64,000 nucleotides of DNA from Escherichia coli. GTDB taxonomy: Bacteria; Pseudomonadota; Gammaproteobacteria; Enterobacterales; Enterobacteriaceae. The notes under the pieces were generated by a model that was not told where the DNA came from, did no database searches, and saw only the letters and a program-made list of their open reading frames with translations. This document shows, in pieces, positions 10,001-19,626 of this stretch (its first letter is position 1; the number at the start of each line of letters is the position of its first letter). The DNA lies in assembly GCF_030013205.1 (NCBI RefSeq), contig NZ_CP122648.1. One strand, given 5' to 3'. The translations under genes were made by a program, and so were the position numbers.

Positions 10001-10315
10001 ATGAATATTGTCTGTGTTGCCGCCTGCACGGCGGGTATTGCTCACACCTATATTGCTCGTGAAAAGTTAATTAAAGGGGCAAAAGCACTGGGCCACACCA
10101 TTAAAGTTGAAACCCAGGGAACCATTGGTACAGAAAACGAATTGCAGGCGGCAGAGATCTCTGCTGCTGACGTCGTGATTCTTGCTGTGGATGTGAAAAT
10201 AAAAGGAGAAGAACGTTTTACCAATAAACGCATTGTGCGAGTAAAGACAGAGATCGTCATTAAATCGCCCGTTCAATTTCTTGAAAAGGTCGAAAAATCA
10301 CTGGGAAATAAATGA
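10001..10315 (+). CDS. PTS EIIB component, fructose-like family, 104 aa
   Basis: MNIVCVAACTAGIAHTYIAREKL...: N-terminal CxxCxxGIAHT phospho-Cys motif typical of fructose-type EIIB. Confidence 0.75.
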   Translation: MNIVCVAACTAGIAHTYIAREKLIKGAKALGHTIKVETQGTIGTENELQAAEISAADVVILAVDVKIKGEERFTNKRIVRVKTEIVIKSPVQFLEKVEKSLGNK

Positions 10316-10339
10316 TCCTTATACTGGAGGGATCTTAAT

Positions 10340-11431
10340 ATGAAAGAAAATAAAATTCCGGTTTCACAGGAAATTAAAAAACATTTATTAACCGGCATCT
10401 CGTGGATGATACCCCTTATTGTGGCCGCCGGGATATGTATTGCGTTGGGGCAAGTTCTTGGCGGTACAGATGTTGGTGAAAAAACAGGAACAATCCCGTG
10501 GATGCTTAATCAGATTGGCGGCTGGGGAATGGGGCTGATTGTGCCGCTGATTAGCGCGGCAATTGCCTATTCTATTGCCGATCGTCCCGGATTTGCCCCG
10601 GGCCTGATTGTCGGCTTTCTCTGTGGGCAAATCCATACCGGATTTATTGGCGGTATGTTGGGTGGTTTCCTGGTGGGCTACACCATTTTGCTACTTAAAC
10701 GCTATATTCGCCTGCCGCAGTCGATGCAAGGACTCATGCCAATCATGGTGTTGCCGGTATTAAGCACCATTATCGGTGGGCTGTTAATGATGACGCTGAT
10801 TGGTAAACCCATCGCCTGGTTACAAGAAGCACTGATTCATTTGCTCGAGTCGATGCAGGGCGGATCGCGCTTCCTGATGGGGGCCATACTTGGCGCGATG
10901 GCAACCTTCGATTTCGGTGGTCCGGTCAACAAAACCATGTCGCTGTTTTCCGATGGCTTGCTGGTCAGTGGCGTCTACGGACCAGAAGCCGTGAAATTTG
11001 TCGGCTCAATCATCCCTCCGTTTGGCATCACACTTTCGTTCTTACTGACACGCCATAAATACACCCGTGCGGAGCGCGAGGCGCTGAAAGCCGCGTTTCC
11101 GATGGGGATCTGCATGATCACTGAAGGAGTCATTCCGATCGCCGCGCGTGACCTGTTGCGAGTAGTGGGATCTTGTGTGGTGGCATCGGCGGTCGCGGGC
11201 GGCTTAATCATGGTGTGGGGCGTGGAGAGTCCGGTTCCACATGGCGGCATGTTTGTTGTGCCTCTGTTCACCCATCCTCTGCTGTTTTGCCTGGCGCTGG
11301 GTATAGGCACGGTGATTTGTGGCGTGATGCTTTCACTCTGGAAGAAACCGGTAACGGAACGCGACGAAGAGTTTGACGAACTGAGCGATCAAAAGCTGAA
11401 AGATGAAGAGATCACTTTCACCCTCGAATAA
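10340..11431 (+). CDS. PTS EIIC permease component, fructose-like family, 363 aa
   Basis: Polytopic membrane protein immediately downstream of EIIA/EIIB; Gly-rich TM helices typical of EIIC-Fru. Confidence 0.7.
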   Translation: MKENKIPVSQEIKKHLLTGISWMIPLIVAAGICIALGQVLGGTDVGEKTGTIPWMLNQIGGWGMGLIVPLISAAIAYSIADRPGFAPGLIVGFLCGQIHTGFIGGMLGGFLVGYTILLLKRYIRLPQSMQGLMPIMVLPVLSTIIGGLLMMTLIGKPIAWLQEALIHLLESMQGGSRFLMGAILGAMATFDFGGPVNKTMSLFSDGLLVSGVYGPEAVKFVGSIIPPFGITLSFLLTRHKYTRAEREALKAAFPMGICMITEGVIPIAARDLLRVVGSCVVASAVAGGLIMVWGVESPVPHGGMFVVPLFTHPLLFCLALGIGTVICGVMLSLWKKPVTERDEEFDELSDQKLKDEEITFTLE

Positions 11432-11442
11432 CCGGAGGCCCT

Positions 11443-12294
11443 ATGTTTGCCGATATGAAAAGTATGGTGATGAAAGCCTGGCATGAACATTACGCCTTGC
11501 TGGCGATCAACTGTATGAATCTGGAAAGTGCTCGCGCAGCTATCCGCGTGGCGGAGAAGAATCGCGCTCCGATCATTCTCAATCTCTATCAGGGGCATCT
11601 GGCGCATTTTCCTGCACCCGTCGCGGCGGCAGTGGTTAAAACGCTCGCGGAATCTGCCTCAGTACCGGTCACTCTGGCGCTTGATCATGGCAAAAATCCG
11701 GACTGTATTCGTCAGGCGTTTCGTGCTGGTTTCAGCGGATTAATGATTGATGCTTCTGCTTTTCCCCTGGAGGAAAACGTGCGCCAGACCAAGGCGGTGG
11801 TGGAACTCGCCGCCAGCGCGCAGCTCTGCGTTGAAGGCGAACTGGGCCATCTGGCAGATGCGCCGCGTTACGACCAGGCCGCCAATGCAGACATGATGAC
11901 GCAACCCACTGATGTGGAAGCGTTTATCGCGCAGACAGGCATTGATCTACTGGCCGTCTCGGTAGGCACGGCGCACGGCATGTACGCGCCTGGTGTTGTA
12001 CCTGCTATTGATTTTCAGCGTCTGGCGGAGATTTTCCACTGCTCGAGCGTGCCTCTGGCATTACATGGTGGTAGCGGTACGCCGTTCGATCAGCTCCAGC
12101 TCTGTACGACTCTGGGGGTAGCAAAAATCAACGTGGGGGCGGCCATTTTTGAACGGGGGAAATCCGCGCTCCTGCATACCCTCTGTCACGATATATCCAT
12201 TGAACTGGTGGACGCGCTGAAAGCTATGGAACTGGCCTTCGAAGAAGCGATTACACCGTATTTACAGGCGAGCGGCTCTATCGGCAAAGCCTGA
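11443..12294 (+). CDS. Class II ketose-bisphosphate aldolase (GatY/KbaY/FbaA family), 283 aa
   Basis: Contains LDHG, GTAHG and HGGSG motifs of class II zinc aldolases. Confidence 0.75.
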   Translation: MFADMKSMVMKAWHEHYALLAINCMNLESARAAIRVAEKNRAPIILNLYQGHLAHFPAPVAAAVVKTLAESASVPVTLALDHGKNPDCIRQAFRAGFSGLMIDASAFPLEENVRQTKAVVELAASAQLCVEGELGHLADAPRYDQAANADMMTQPTDVEAFIAQTGIDLLAVSVGTAHGMYAPGVVPAIDFQRLAEIFHCSSVPLALHGGSGTPFDQLQLCTTLGVAKINVGAAIFERGKSALLHTLCHDISIELVDALKAMELAFEEAITPYLQASGSIGKA

Positions 12295-12374
12295 TTCATT
12301 TTCTGTCATGGCCTTTATGCCAGTGCAATAACGCACCGGCAGGGCGGACTACACGCTGAAACTGGAGATTTAAC

Positions 12375-13235
12375 ATGTTAGTTTCGATGAAAGAATTACT
12401 GCAACCTACCCGCCAGCACGGCTTTGCCATTGGCGCATTTAATGTGGCGGATAACTGTTTCCTTCGCGCAGTCGTGGATGAAGCAGAAGCGACAAATACT
12501 CCGGCGATTATTGCCATCCATCCCAGCGAACATGATTTTGTGGGCGATGCCTTTTTCGCTCACGTTCGCGAAATTACCCAGCGTAGTCCGGTCCCGTTTG
12601 TACTGCACCTCGATCATGGTGCCTCTGTAGAGCATGTTTTGCGTGCGATTCGCTGCGGATTTACCTCAGTAATGATCGACGGTTCGCTGCTGCCGTATGA
12701 AGAAAACGTGGCGCTGACCGCAGAAGTGGTTCGCCTCGCTCACGCGGTTGGAGTGTCGGTTGAGGGTGAACTGGGAACCATCGGACAAACAGGAACGTCG
12801 GTAGAAGGTGGTGTTTCACAAGTGACCTACACAGATCCGGCGCAGGCCGCCGATTTTATTGCTCGTACAGGTGCCGACACTCTGGCTGTGGCGATTGGTA
12901 CAGCGCATGGCATCTATCCAAAAGGGATGCAGCCGAAGCTGCAAATGGACATTTTGCGCGACATTGCCGGACGTATTGATATTCCGCTGGTGCTACACGG
13001 TGGTTCGGCAAACCCGGACGCGGAGATTGCTGAATCAGTTACGCTCGGCGTCGGCAAAATCAATATCTCCAGCGATATGAAATACGCCTATTTCCAGAAA
13101 GTGCGTGAAATTCTCGCTAAAGAGAGCTGGTGGGACCCGAACGTCATCTATCCGGATGCGATTAACGCGGCGCGGGAAGTCATTCGCCACAAAATGAAAC
13201 TGTTCGGTTCGCTCGGTAAAGCATCACTGTACTAA
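12375..13235 (+). CDS. Class II ketose-bisphosphate aldolase paralogue (GatY/KbaY family), 286 aa
   Basis: LHLDHG, GELG, GTAHG, LHGGS motifs; second tandem paralogue. Confidence 0.75.
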   Translation: MLVSMKELLQPTRQHGFAIGAFNVADNCFLRAVVDEAEATNTPAIIAIHPSEHDFVGDAFFAHVREITQRSPVPFVLHLDHGASVEHVLRAIRCGFTSVMIDGSLLPYEENVALTAEVVRLAHAVGVSVEGELGTIGQTGTSVEGGVSQVTYTDPAQAADFIARTGADTLAVAIGTAHGIYPKGMQPKLQMDILRDIAGRIDIPLVLHGGSANPDAEIAESVTLGVGKINISSDMKYAYFQKVREILAKESWWDPNVIYPDAINAAREVIRHKMKLFGSLGKASLY

Positions 13236-13240
13236 GCCAG

Positions 13241-13264
13241 AAGGGCGGGGTGACCCGCCTTTTA
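13241..13264 (+). terminator. GC-rich hairpin plus T-run between aldolase 2 and the kinase (possible intra-operon attenuator or partial terminator)
   Basis: GGGCGGG-GTGA-CCCGCCT followed by TTTT, 6 bp after the aldolase stop. Confidence 0.4.
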
Positions 13265-13282
13265 CGCAACAAGGAACGAGAT

Positions 13283-14215
13283 ATGCACTATCTGGGGTTG
13301 GATATTGGTGGGACCAAAATCGCCGCCGTCGTCATGGATGCGCATGGCTGGGAGATTCGCCGTTACCGCTGCCCGACGCAAAAGTCGACATATCAACAAT
13401 TTGTCTCATGCGTTGTGGCGTTTATCGAGCAGATTAGGCGGGACGTTCAACGACCGATGCTGACAGGGATCGCCTTACCCGGCAGTATCTCGCCACTCAC
13501 TGGCCTGATTAAAAACGCGAATATTCAGGTGATTAACGGTCATGCGTTACAGGCTGATTTGCAGCAATTGCTTGGGCAACCGGTGGTGATAGCCAATGAT
13601 GGTAACTGTTTCGCGCTATCAGAAGCTTGCGACGGTGCCGGGCAAGATTATGACGTGGTATTTGGTATTACGCTTGGTACGGGCTGCGGCGGTGGCATTG
13701 CCATCAAGCAACGACCGTTTATAGGGGCCTGGGGAAATGCTGCCGAATGCGGTCATATCACGTTGCCAGGCTATACGGAGCAGGAAGATGGTCCATCAGT
13801 CAGTTGCTATTGCGGCAAACACAACTGCGTGGAGTCGTTTGTTTCCGGCAGCGGTTTTAGTGAACGCTATCAACAGATGACTGGTAACTTGCTCACTCCT
13901 GCGGCGATTGTCACCCTGGCACAACGTGGTGATGCTTGTGCCATGCAGCAGGTGGCACGTTTTCGCCAACAGCTTGCCCGCACGCTGGCAACCATCGTTA
14001 ACGTTGTTGACCCTGGCGTGATTGTGATCGGCGGCGGGCTTTCGAATGTGGAACTGCTTATCACCGCTCTGAACGCAGAAGTTGCTCCACTGGTTTTCAC
14101 CGATCAATTCACCACTCCCATTGTAAAAGCACAGCACGGCGACAGTAGCGGAATGCGTGGCGCTGCCTGGCTTGCTATGCGCAACGGAGAAGCCAATGAA
14201 ACGTTCACAAATTAA
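13283..14215 (+). CDS. ROK-family sugar kinase, ~310 aa
   Basis: MHYLGLDIGGTKIAAV... N-terminal ATP motif and CYCGKHNCVESF zinc-binding ROK signature; start moved to the ATG with AAGGAA Shine-Dalgarno rather than the upstream GTG of the track ORF. Confidence 0.75.
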   Translation: MHYLGLDIGGTKIAAVVMDAHGWEIRRYRCPTQKSTYQQFVSCVVAFIEQIRRDVQRPMLTGIALPGSISPLTGLIKNANIQVINGHALQADLQQLLGQPVVIANDGNCFALSEACDGAGQDYDVVFGITLGTGCGGGIAIKQRPFIGAWGNAAECGHITLPGYTEQEDGPSVSCYCGKHNCVESFVSGSGFSERYQQMTGNLLTPAAIVTLAQRGDACAMQQVARFRQQLARTLATIVNVVDPGVIVIGGGLSNVELLITALNAEVAPLVFTDQFTTPIVKAQHGDSSGMRGAAWLAMRNGEANETFTN

Positions 14216-14876
14216 TTATGTTATTGATAAAGCACATGCCATTGCGCAGACCTTCCGCGTTTGTTTGCCAGAGTTCGCCTATTTTACGGTGGATGACTGG
14301 CTGCAGCTGGAACGGGATAACTGGCAAGAAGTGGTCGACTTACAGCTCGGTTGGGATATCACCGATTTTGGTCGTGGTGATTTCAACCAAACGGGACTAA
14401 CACTGCTAACGATGCGCAACGGCGCGCTGGGGTCGGCGGCATATCCAAAACCGTATGCTGAGAAAATGTTGCAGATCCAACAAGATCAGCAGACTCCTTG
14501 GCATTTTCACACCCACAAAATGGAAGATATCCTCAATCGGGGCGGTGGAGACTTATGCATGCAGTTGGCCTGGGCCAACGAAGCCAATCTCTGTGATGAT
14601 CAACGAGTCATTACCGTGAGTGTTGATGGTCAGCGGCGTACCATGAAACCTGGTGAAACGCTGGTGCTAAAGCCGGGGCAGGGCATTTGCCTGCCGCCGC
14701 GTCTGTATCATCGCTTCTGGGCGGAAAAAGCGTTTGTTCTCGGCTGGGAAATTTCGATGGTAAATGATGACCAACATGATAACCATTTTCTTGAGCCGGG
14801 AGGACGTTTTCCGGCGATAGAAGAAGATGAACCGGTGAAATGGTTATTGTGTAGTGAGTATGCTGTTTTGCGGTAA
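14196..14876 (+). CDS. Cupin-fold sugar isomerase, D-lyxose/D-mannose isomerase-like, ~226 aa
   Basis: Size and His-rich segment (WHFHTHKMEDI) resemble cupin-type D-lyxose isomerases; start taken at the ATG preceded by GGAGA; overlaps the kinase stop. Family assignment is from memory. Confidence 0.5.
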   Translation: MKRSQINYVIDKAHAIAQTFRVCLPEFAYFTVDDWLQLERDNWQEVVDLQLGWDITDFGRGDFNQTGLTLLTMRNGALGSAAYPKPYAEKMLQIQQDQQTPWHFHTHKMEDILNRGGGDLCMQLAWANEANLCDDQRVITVSVDGQRRTMKPGETLVLKPGQGICLPPRLYHRFWAEKAFVLGWEISMVNDDQHDNHFLEPGGRFPAIEEDEPVKWLLCSEYAVLR

Positions 14877-14885
14877 TAGCGGGGA

Positions 14886-14909
14886 CGCTAACGTTGATAT
14901 CCGTTAGCG
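14886..14909. terminator. Palindromic hairpin (CGCTAACG-TTGATATC-CGTTAGCG) between convergent island operon and yicH
   Basis: Perfect 8-bp stems with an 8-nt loop in the 42-bp spacer; could act bidirectionally. Confidence 0.45.
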
Positions 14910-14918
14910 CCCGCGTAT

Positions 14919-16628
14919 TTACTGCACCGGCTCCGTCGATGTAACTTCGCCACTGGAAACGACGCCTGCATTCATGGTTTGAGTCACTTGCTGCTTTGTG
15001 GCGTTCACGGCATGCAATTGCCCGCTAACCGTAGGTTTCAGCGGGACATTGGCCTGAATATCGCCACTGGCAGTAAGCTGAATATTGCCGTCGCCAGTCA
15101 ACGGTAATTCAGGCCATCCCCACTGTTGCAAAATATTCACCGGCACACCGCGTCCATTCAGGCTGATATGGGTCTGACGTTGTGGCGTTTGTGAAACACT
15201 GGCGGTGGCTTCCAGAATGCCTTTTTCAGTAAATGCACTCAGTTCGCTGATATTCACCGTGCTGCTGTTGGCGGTCAGCGCCAGCGATGGGCGACGAACA
15301 TCAACACGATTGAATGTCGCGGCGGCGGCATTCAGATTCGCCGAACCACTCCAGACGCCCCATTTATGATCGGTAACCAGCGTCAGGTTGGCACCGTAAC
15401 CATCGAGCGCGGTGAGCTGCCACGGGAAGTCAGGGTCGATATCAATGATCAGATTGCGGCTGGCGCTAAATCTCTTCAGTTGCAGGCTGTTTAACCAGCC
15501 GGGTGTCGTTTCCATCCACAACTGTTGCCAGTTTTTCGGCAAGGTATATTCCAGCCCGGCAATTGCCGCATCATCAAGGATCAACGTTTTCCCGTTGCGC
15601 AGCCAGTTCCCGGACGTTCTGACCATGCCCCCTTCCCAGCGGCTGGTGAACTGGCGCAGTGCTACGCCCTGCGGGGAAAATTCTGCGTTTATAATCAGAT
15701 CAAATAAATGCAGCGAGCCATAAATAAACTCGCTAGCGTTCATCGACAGTTTGCCTTCCTGTGTCTGCCAGTCATCTTTACTGAAGGTCATGTTGCGCAA
15801 GCTGAGATCGAGGTCGGTCACCGCCCAGTCCGGACCTTGCAAACGAGCATCGATCACTTCCAGGCGACCAATCTGCAACGACGGGACAGAGCGTAATGGC
15901 GCAAAGAAGTCGGTTAGCGATTTTTCGCTTTGTAGACGGATATCCGCCAGCCGCAGATTTTCCACTTGCCAGCTGCCGTCGGCGTTACGCTGCGCGTTTC
16001 CGGTTAATGTCCCGCGGGCGATGTCGGCACCCAGGTTAGTCAGCGTAACGCGATCGTTATCAATACTGCCTTCAATCAGTACATTGGTGGCAGGAACATC
16101 ATTGAGCGAAAGCGATCCGGCACTAAACTGAATCTGCGCCTTCGTACCCAGCACTTTACCGGCTTCTGGTGACCACGGAACCACGCCGCCATTTACCCGC
16201 TGCGCGCTCAGTTTCCATTCGCTATTCGGGCTATTAAACGCCATATCACGCAGTTGCAGACGATCGGCTTTGAACGGTAGCGGCGCGGTCTGGTCGGTGA
16301 GATTCAGCGTCCCGTTTTCCAGCAGGATGGTATCGACATGGCGTGGTTCGGTCAGTTGCCGACTGCTTAGCGCAATGTCGACACTTTTTGCCACCAGGGT
16401 CGCGGGCTGACCATCACGGCCGAACGTGACGTTCTCCAGCACGATATGAGATGGCGCGGAAAAACGGTGATCCATCGCCCCGAAGGCCAGATGATAGTCG
16501 CTATTCTCGGAAACCCATGCGCTGATATGTTCTGCTCCCCAGCGGGTTTGCAGAAGAAAATAGAGGCCAGCGATCACCACTAACAGAGCGATGAAAATGT
16601 AGAGAAGCAGCTTCCCAATAAATTTCAT
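14919..16628 (-). CDS. yicH: AsmA-family protein YicH, 569 aa
   Basis: N-terminal signal-anchor MKFIGKLLLYIFIALLVVIAGLYF; start taken at the internal Met of the 577-aa track ORF. Confidence 0.85.
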   Translation of the reverse strand: MKFIGKLLLYIFIALLVVIAGLYFLLQTRWGAEHISAWVSENSDYHLAFGAMDHRFSAPSHIVLENVTFGRDGQPATLVAKSVDIALSSRQLTEPRHVDTILLENGTLNLTDQTAPLPFKADRLQLRDMAFNSPNSEWKLSAQRVNGGVVPWSPEAGKVLGTKAQIQFSAGSLSLNDVPATNVLIEGSIDNDRVTLTNLGADIARGTLTGNAQRNADGSWQVENLRLADIRLQSEKSLTDFFAPLRSVPSLQIGRLEVIDARLQGPDWAVTDLDLSLRNMTFSKDDWQTQEGKLSMNASEFIYGSLHLFDLIINAEFSPQGVALRQFTSRWEGGMVRTSGNWLRNGKTLILDDAAIAGLEYTLPKNWQQLWMETTPGWLNSLQLKRFSASRNLIIDIDPDFPWQLTALDGYGANLTLVTDHKWGVWSGSANLNAAAATFNRVDVRRPSLALTANSSTVNISELSAFTEKGILEATASVSQTPQRQTHISLNGRGVPVNILQQWGWPELPLTGDGNIQLTASGDIQANVPLKPTVSGQLHAVNATKQQVTQTMNAGVVSSGEVTSTEPVQ

Positions 16629-16716
16629 GGTCTTCCATCCCGTGAAATGCACATAAGGGAGTTATGCACGATTTACGCGCAATCCTCAAGGCGGGAATGG
16701 TGAAAGAGGTGAGACT

Positions 16717-16741
16717 GCGGCGGTAATTATCTTACCGCCGC
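16717..16741 (-). terminator. Hairpin (GCGGCGGTAA-TTATC-TTACCGCCGC) downstream of xanP
   Basis: 10-bp inverted repeat 8 bp beyond the xanP stop. Confidence 0.4.
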
Positions 16742-16748
16742 CAGTGAA

Positions 16749-18140
16749 TTACTGTTTTTCTGGTGGGAAAATCAGATTCAGCACGATGGCAGTAATACCG
16801 CCCGCGGCGATCCCGGAGGAGAGCAGGTTTTTCAGCCACTCAGGGGCAAACTGCAAAATCAGCGGCTGCTGAGAGACGCCCAGACCAACCGCCAGCGACA
16901 GCGCGATAATCAGAATCGCCCGACGGTTCAGCGGCTCACGAGACACAATGCGCACACCGGAGGCGGCGATGGTGCCAAACATTACAAGCGTTGCGCCGCC
17001 CAGAACCGGTTCTGGAATATGTTGTACAAAACCGCTCACTGCCGGGAACAGACCCAGCACGATCAACATCAGCGCGACGACAAAACCGACATAGCGGCTG
17101 GCAACCCCGGTCAACTGGATCACTCCGTTGTTCTGCCCGAAGCAGGAGTTCGGGAAGGTGTTAAACACCGCCGAAACAAACGAGTTCAGGCCGTTTGCTA
17201 GCACGCCGCCTTTCAGGCGTTTCATGTACAGCGGACCGGACACTGGCTGTTCGGAAACGTCAGAGGTCGCCGTGATATCGCCAATGGTTTCCAGTGAAGT
17301 GATCATAAAGACCAGCATCAGGGGTAGCAGCAGACTCCATTCGATGCCAAGACCGTAATAGAGCGGCGTTGGTACCATAATCAGTTCTTGCGTCATCGGT
17401 TCGTTGCTTTCTGGCAACATGCCCATAAACCACGCCAGCGCATATCCGGCCGCCATCGCAATCACCAGTGAGGCCACGCGCAAATATGGGTTACGCTGAC
17501 GGTTAAGCAGGATAATTAAGGCTAAGACCACGCCCGCCAGCAGCAGATTTTTCGGTGCGCCGAAGGTGTTATCGCTCATGGCTGCGTAACCGCCGCCAAT
17601 GGACGTTAACCCAACCTGAATTAGCGACAGGCCGATAATCATCACCACAACGCCAGAAACTAGCGGCGTAATAATGCGGCGCGCCAGATGCAGAACGCGG
17701 GAGATCACCATCTCAGTGCAACTTGCCAGCATCAACGTGCCGAACAAAGCCGCCATCATGGTAGGAACATCAGCACCACCGGTTTTCAGCGCGGTACCGC
17801 CCATAATCAGCGGGGCAACAAAGTTGAAGCTGGTGCCCTGAATAGACAACAGCCCGGAGCCAACCGGACCCCAGGCCTTAATTTGAATAATCGATGCCAC
17901 ACCGGAGGCAAACAGCGACATACTAATAATGTGTTGCGTGTCTTGTGCCGGTAAACCCAGCGCCTGGCAGATTAATAGCGCTGGCGTGATCACCGCAACG
18001 AACATCGCCAGCAAATGCTGACAGGCGGCAAACAGAGTTTGAGGAAGCGGCGGACGATCTTCAAGACGGTAAATCAGTTCGCTGTTTTGAGTCTGCGCAA
18101 CCGGTTGCGCATTTTCTGACTCGAGGGTGGAAACAGACAT
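16749..18140 (-). CDS. xanP: Xanthine:H+ symporter XanP (NCS2 family), 463 aa
   Basis: [35 protein letters not shown]...; start at the Met giving 463 aa. Confidence 0.9.
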
Positions 18141-18418
18141 CGAAAACAATCCCGTGGTAGCAAAGCGGGCATTTTAGCTGACCGAAAGAGAAAAGCAAAC
18201 GTTTGCTACGGCCTCTGCTAAATATTTAAATGAGATAAATGCACTTTTTTATATAACTTTTGGTATTTTTCTGCTTAAAATCCATGCCATTTGTTCATTA
18301 ACAGCTGAGAATTTGACCCAGGAAAGCATAACTCGATACCCGTCATAGTTCATAAGTTGCCACTGCGCGATGAAGTATGACGAGTATGAAAGAGTGATGC
18401 GGATACAAAGGAGTAACT

Positions 18419-19624
18419 ATGTTTCATCTCGATACTTTAGCAACGCTTGTTGCCGCAACGCTGACGTTGCTGCTCGGGCGTAAGTTGGTCCATTCCGTCT
18501 CCTTTTTGAAGAAATACACCATACCGGAACCTGTTGCGGGTGGTTTGTTGGTGGCGCTGGCGCTACTGGTACTGAAAAAAAGCATGGGCTGGGAAGTCAA
18601 CTTTGATATGTCCCTGCGCGATCCGTTAATGCTGGCTTTCTTCGCCACCATTGGCCTGAACGCCAACATTGCCAGTTTGCGTGCCGGTGGGCGTGTGGTT
18701 GGCATCTTCTTGATTGTGGTTGTTGGTCTGTTGGTGATGCAAAATGCCATTGGCATTGGTATGGCTAGCCTGTTAGGGCTTGATCCGCTGATGGGGCTGT
18801 TGGCCGGTTCTATTACGCTTTCCGGCGGTCACGGTACGGGCGCTGCGTGGAGTAAATTGTTCATTGAACGCTATGGCTTCACCAATGCGACGGAAGTGGC
18901 GATGGCCTGTGCGACGTTTGGTCTGGTGCTGGGCGGCTTGATTGGCGGTCCGGTAGCGCGCTATCTGGTGAAACACTCCACCACGCCGAACGGTATTCCG
19001 GATGACCAGGAAGTCCCGACGGCGTTCGAAAAGCCGGATGTGGGCCGCATGATCACCTCGCTGGTGCTGATTGAAACTATCGCGCTGATTGCTATCTGCC
19101 TGACGGTGGGGAAAATTGTTGCGCAACTTTTGGCTGGCACTGCTTTTGAACTGCCGACCTTCGTCTGTGTACTGTTTGTTGGCGTGATTCTGAGCAACGG
19201 TCTGTCAATGATGGGCTTTTACCGCGTCTTTGAGCGTGCGGTATCCGTGCTGGGTAACGTAAGCCTGTCGTTGTTCCTGGCGATGGCGCTGATGGGGCTG
19301 AAACTGTGGGAGCTGGCTTCGCTGGCGCTGCCGATGCTGGCGATTCTGGTGGTACAGACCATCTTCATGGCGTTGTATGCCATCTTCGTTACCTGGCGCA
19401 TGATGGGCAAAAACTACGATGCGGCGGTGCTGGCTGCGGGTCATTGTGGTTTTGGCCTCGGTGCAACGCCAACGGCAATCGCCAACATGCAGGCGATCAC
19501 TGAACGTTTTGGCCCGTCGCACATGGCGTTCCTGGTAGTGCCGATGGTCGGTGCGTTCTTTATTGATATCGTTAACGCGCTGGTGATTAAGCTGTATTTG
19601 ATGTTGCCGATTTTTGCCGGTTAA
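18419..19624 (+). CDS. gltS: Sodium/glutamate symporter GltS, 401 aa
   Basis: MFHLDTLATLVAATLTLLLGRKLVHSVSFLKKYTIPEPVAGG...; 401 aa. Confidence 0.92.
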   Translation: MFHLDTLATLVAATLTLLLGRKLVHSVSFLKKYTIPEPVAGGLLVALALLVLKKSMGWEVNFDMSLRDPLMLAFFATIGLNANIASLRAGGRVVGIFLIVVVGLLVMQNAIGIGMASLLGLDPLMGLLAGSITLSGGHGTGAAWSKLFIERYGFTNATEVAMACATFGLVLGGLIGGPVARYLVKHSTTPNGIPDDQEVPTAFEKPDVGRMITSLVLIETIALIAICLTVGKIVAQLLAGTAFELPTFVCVLFVGVILSNGLSMMGFYRVFERAVSVLGNVSLSLFLAMALMGLKLWELASLALPMLAILVVQTIFMALYAIFVTWRMMGKNYDAAVLAAGHCGFGLGATPTAIANMQAITERFGPSHMAFLVVPMVGAFFIDIVNALVIKLYLMLPIFAG

Positions 19625-19626
19625 AA

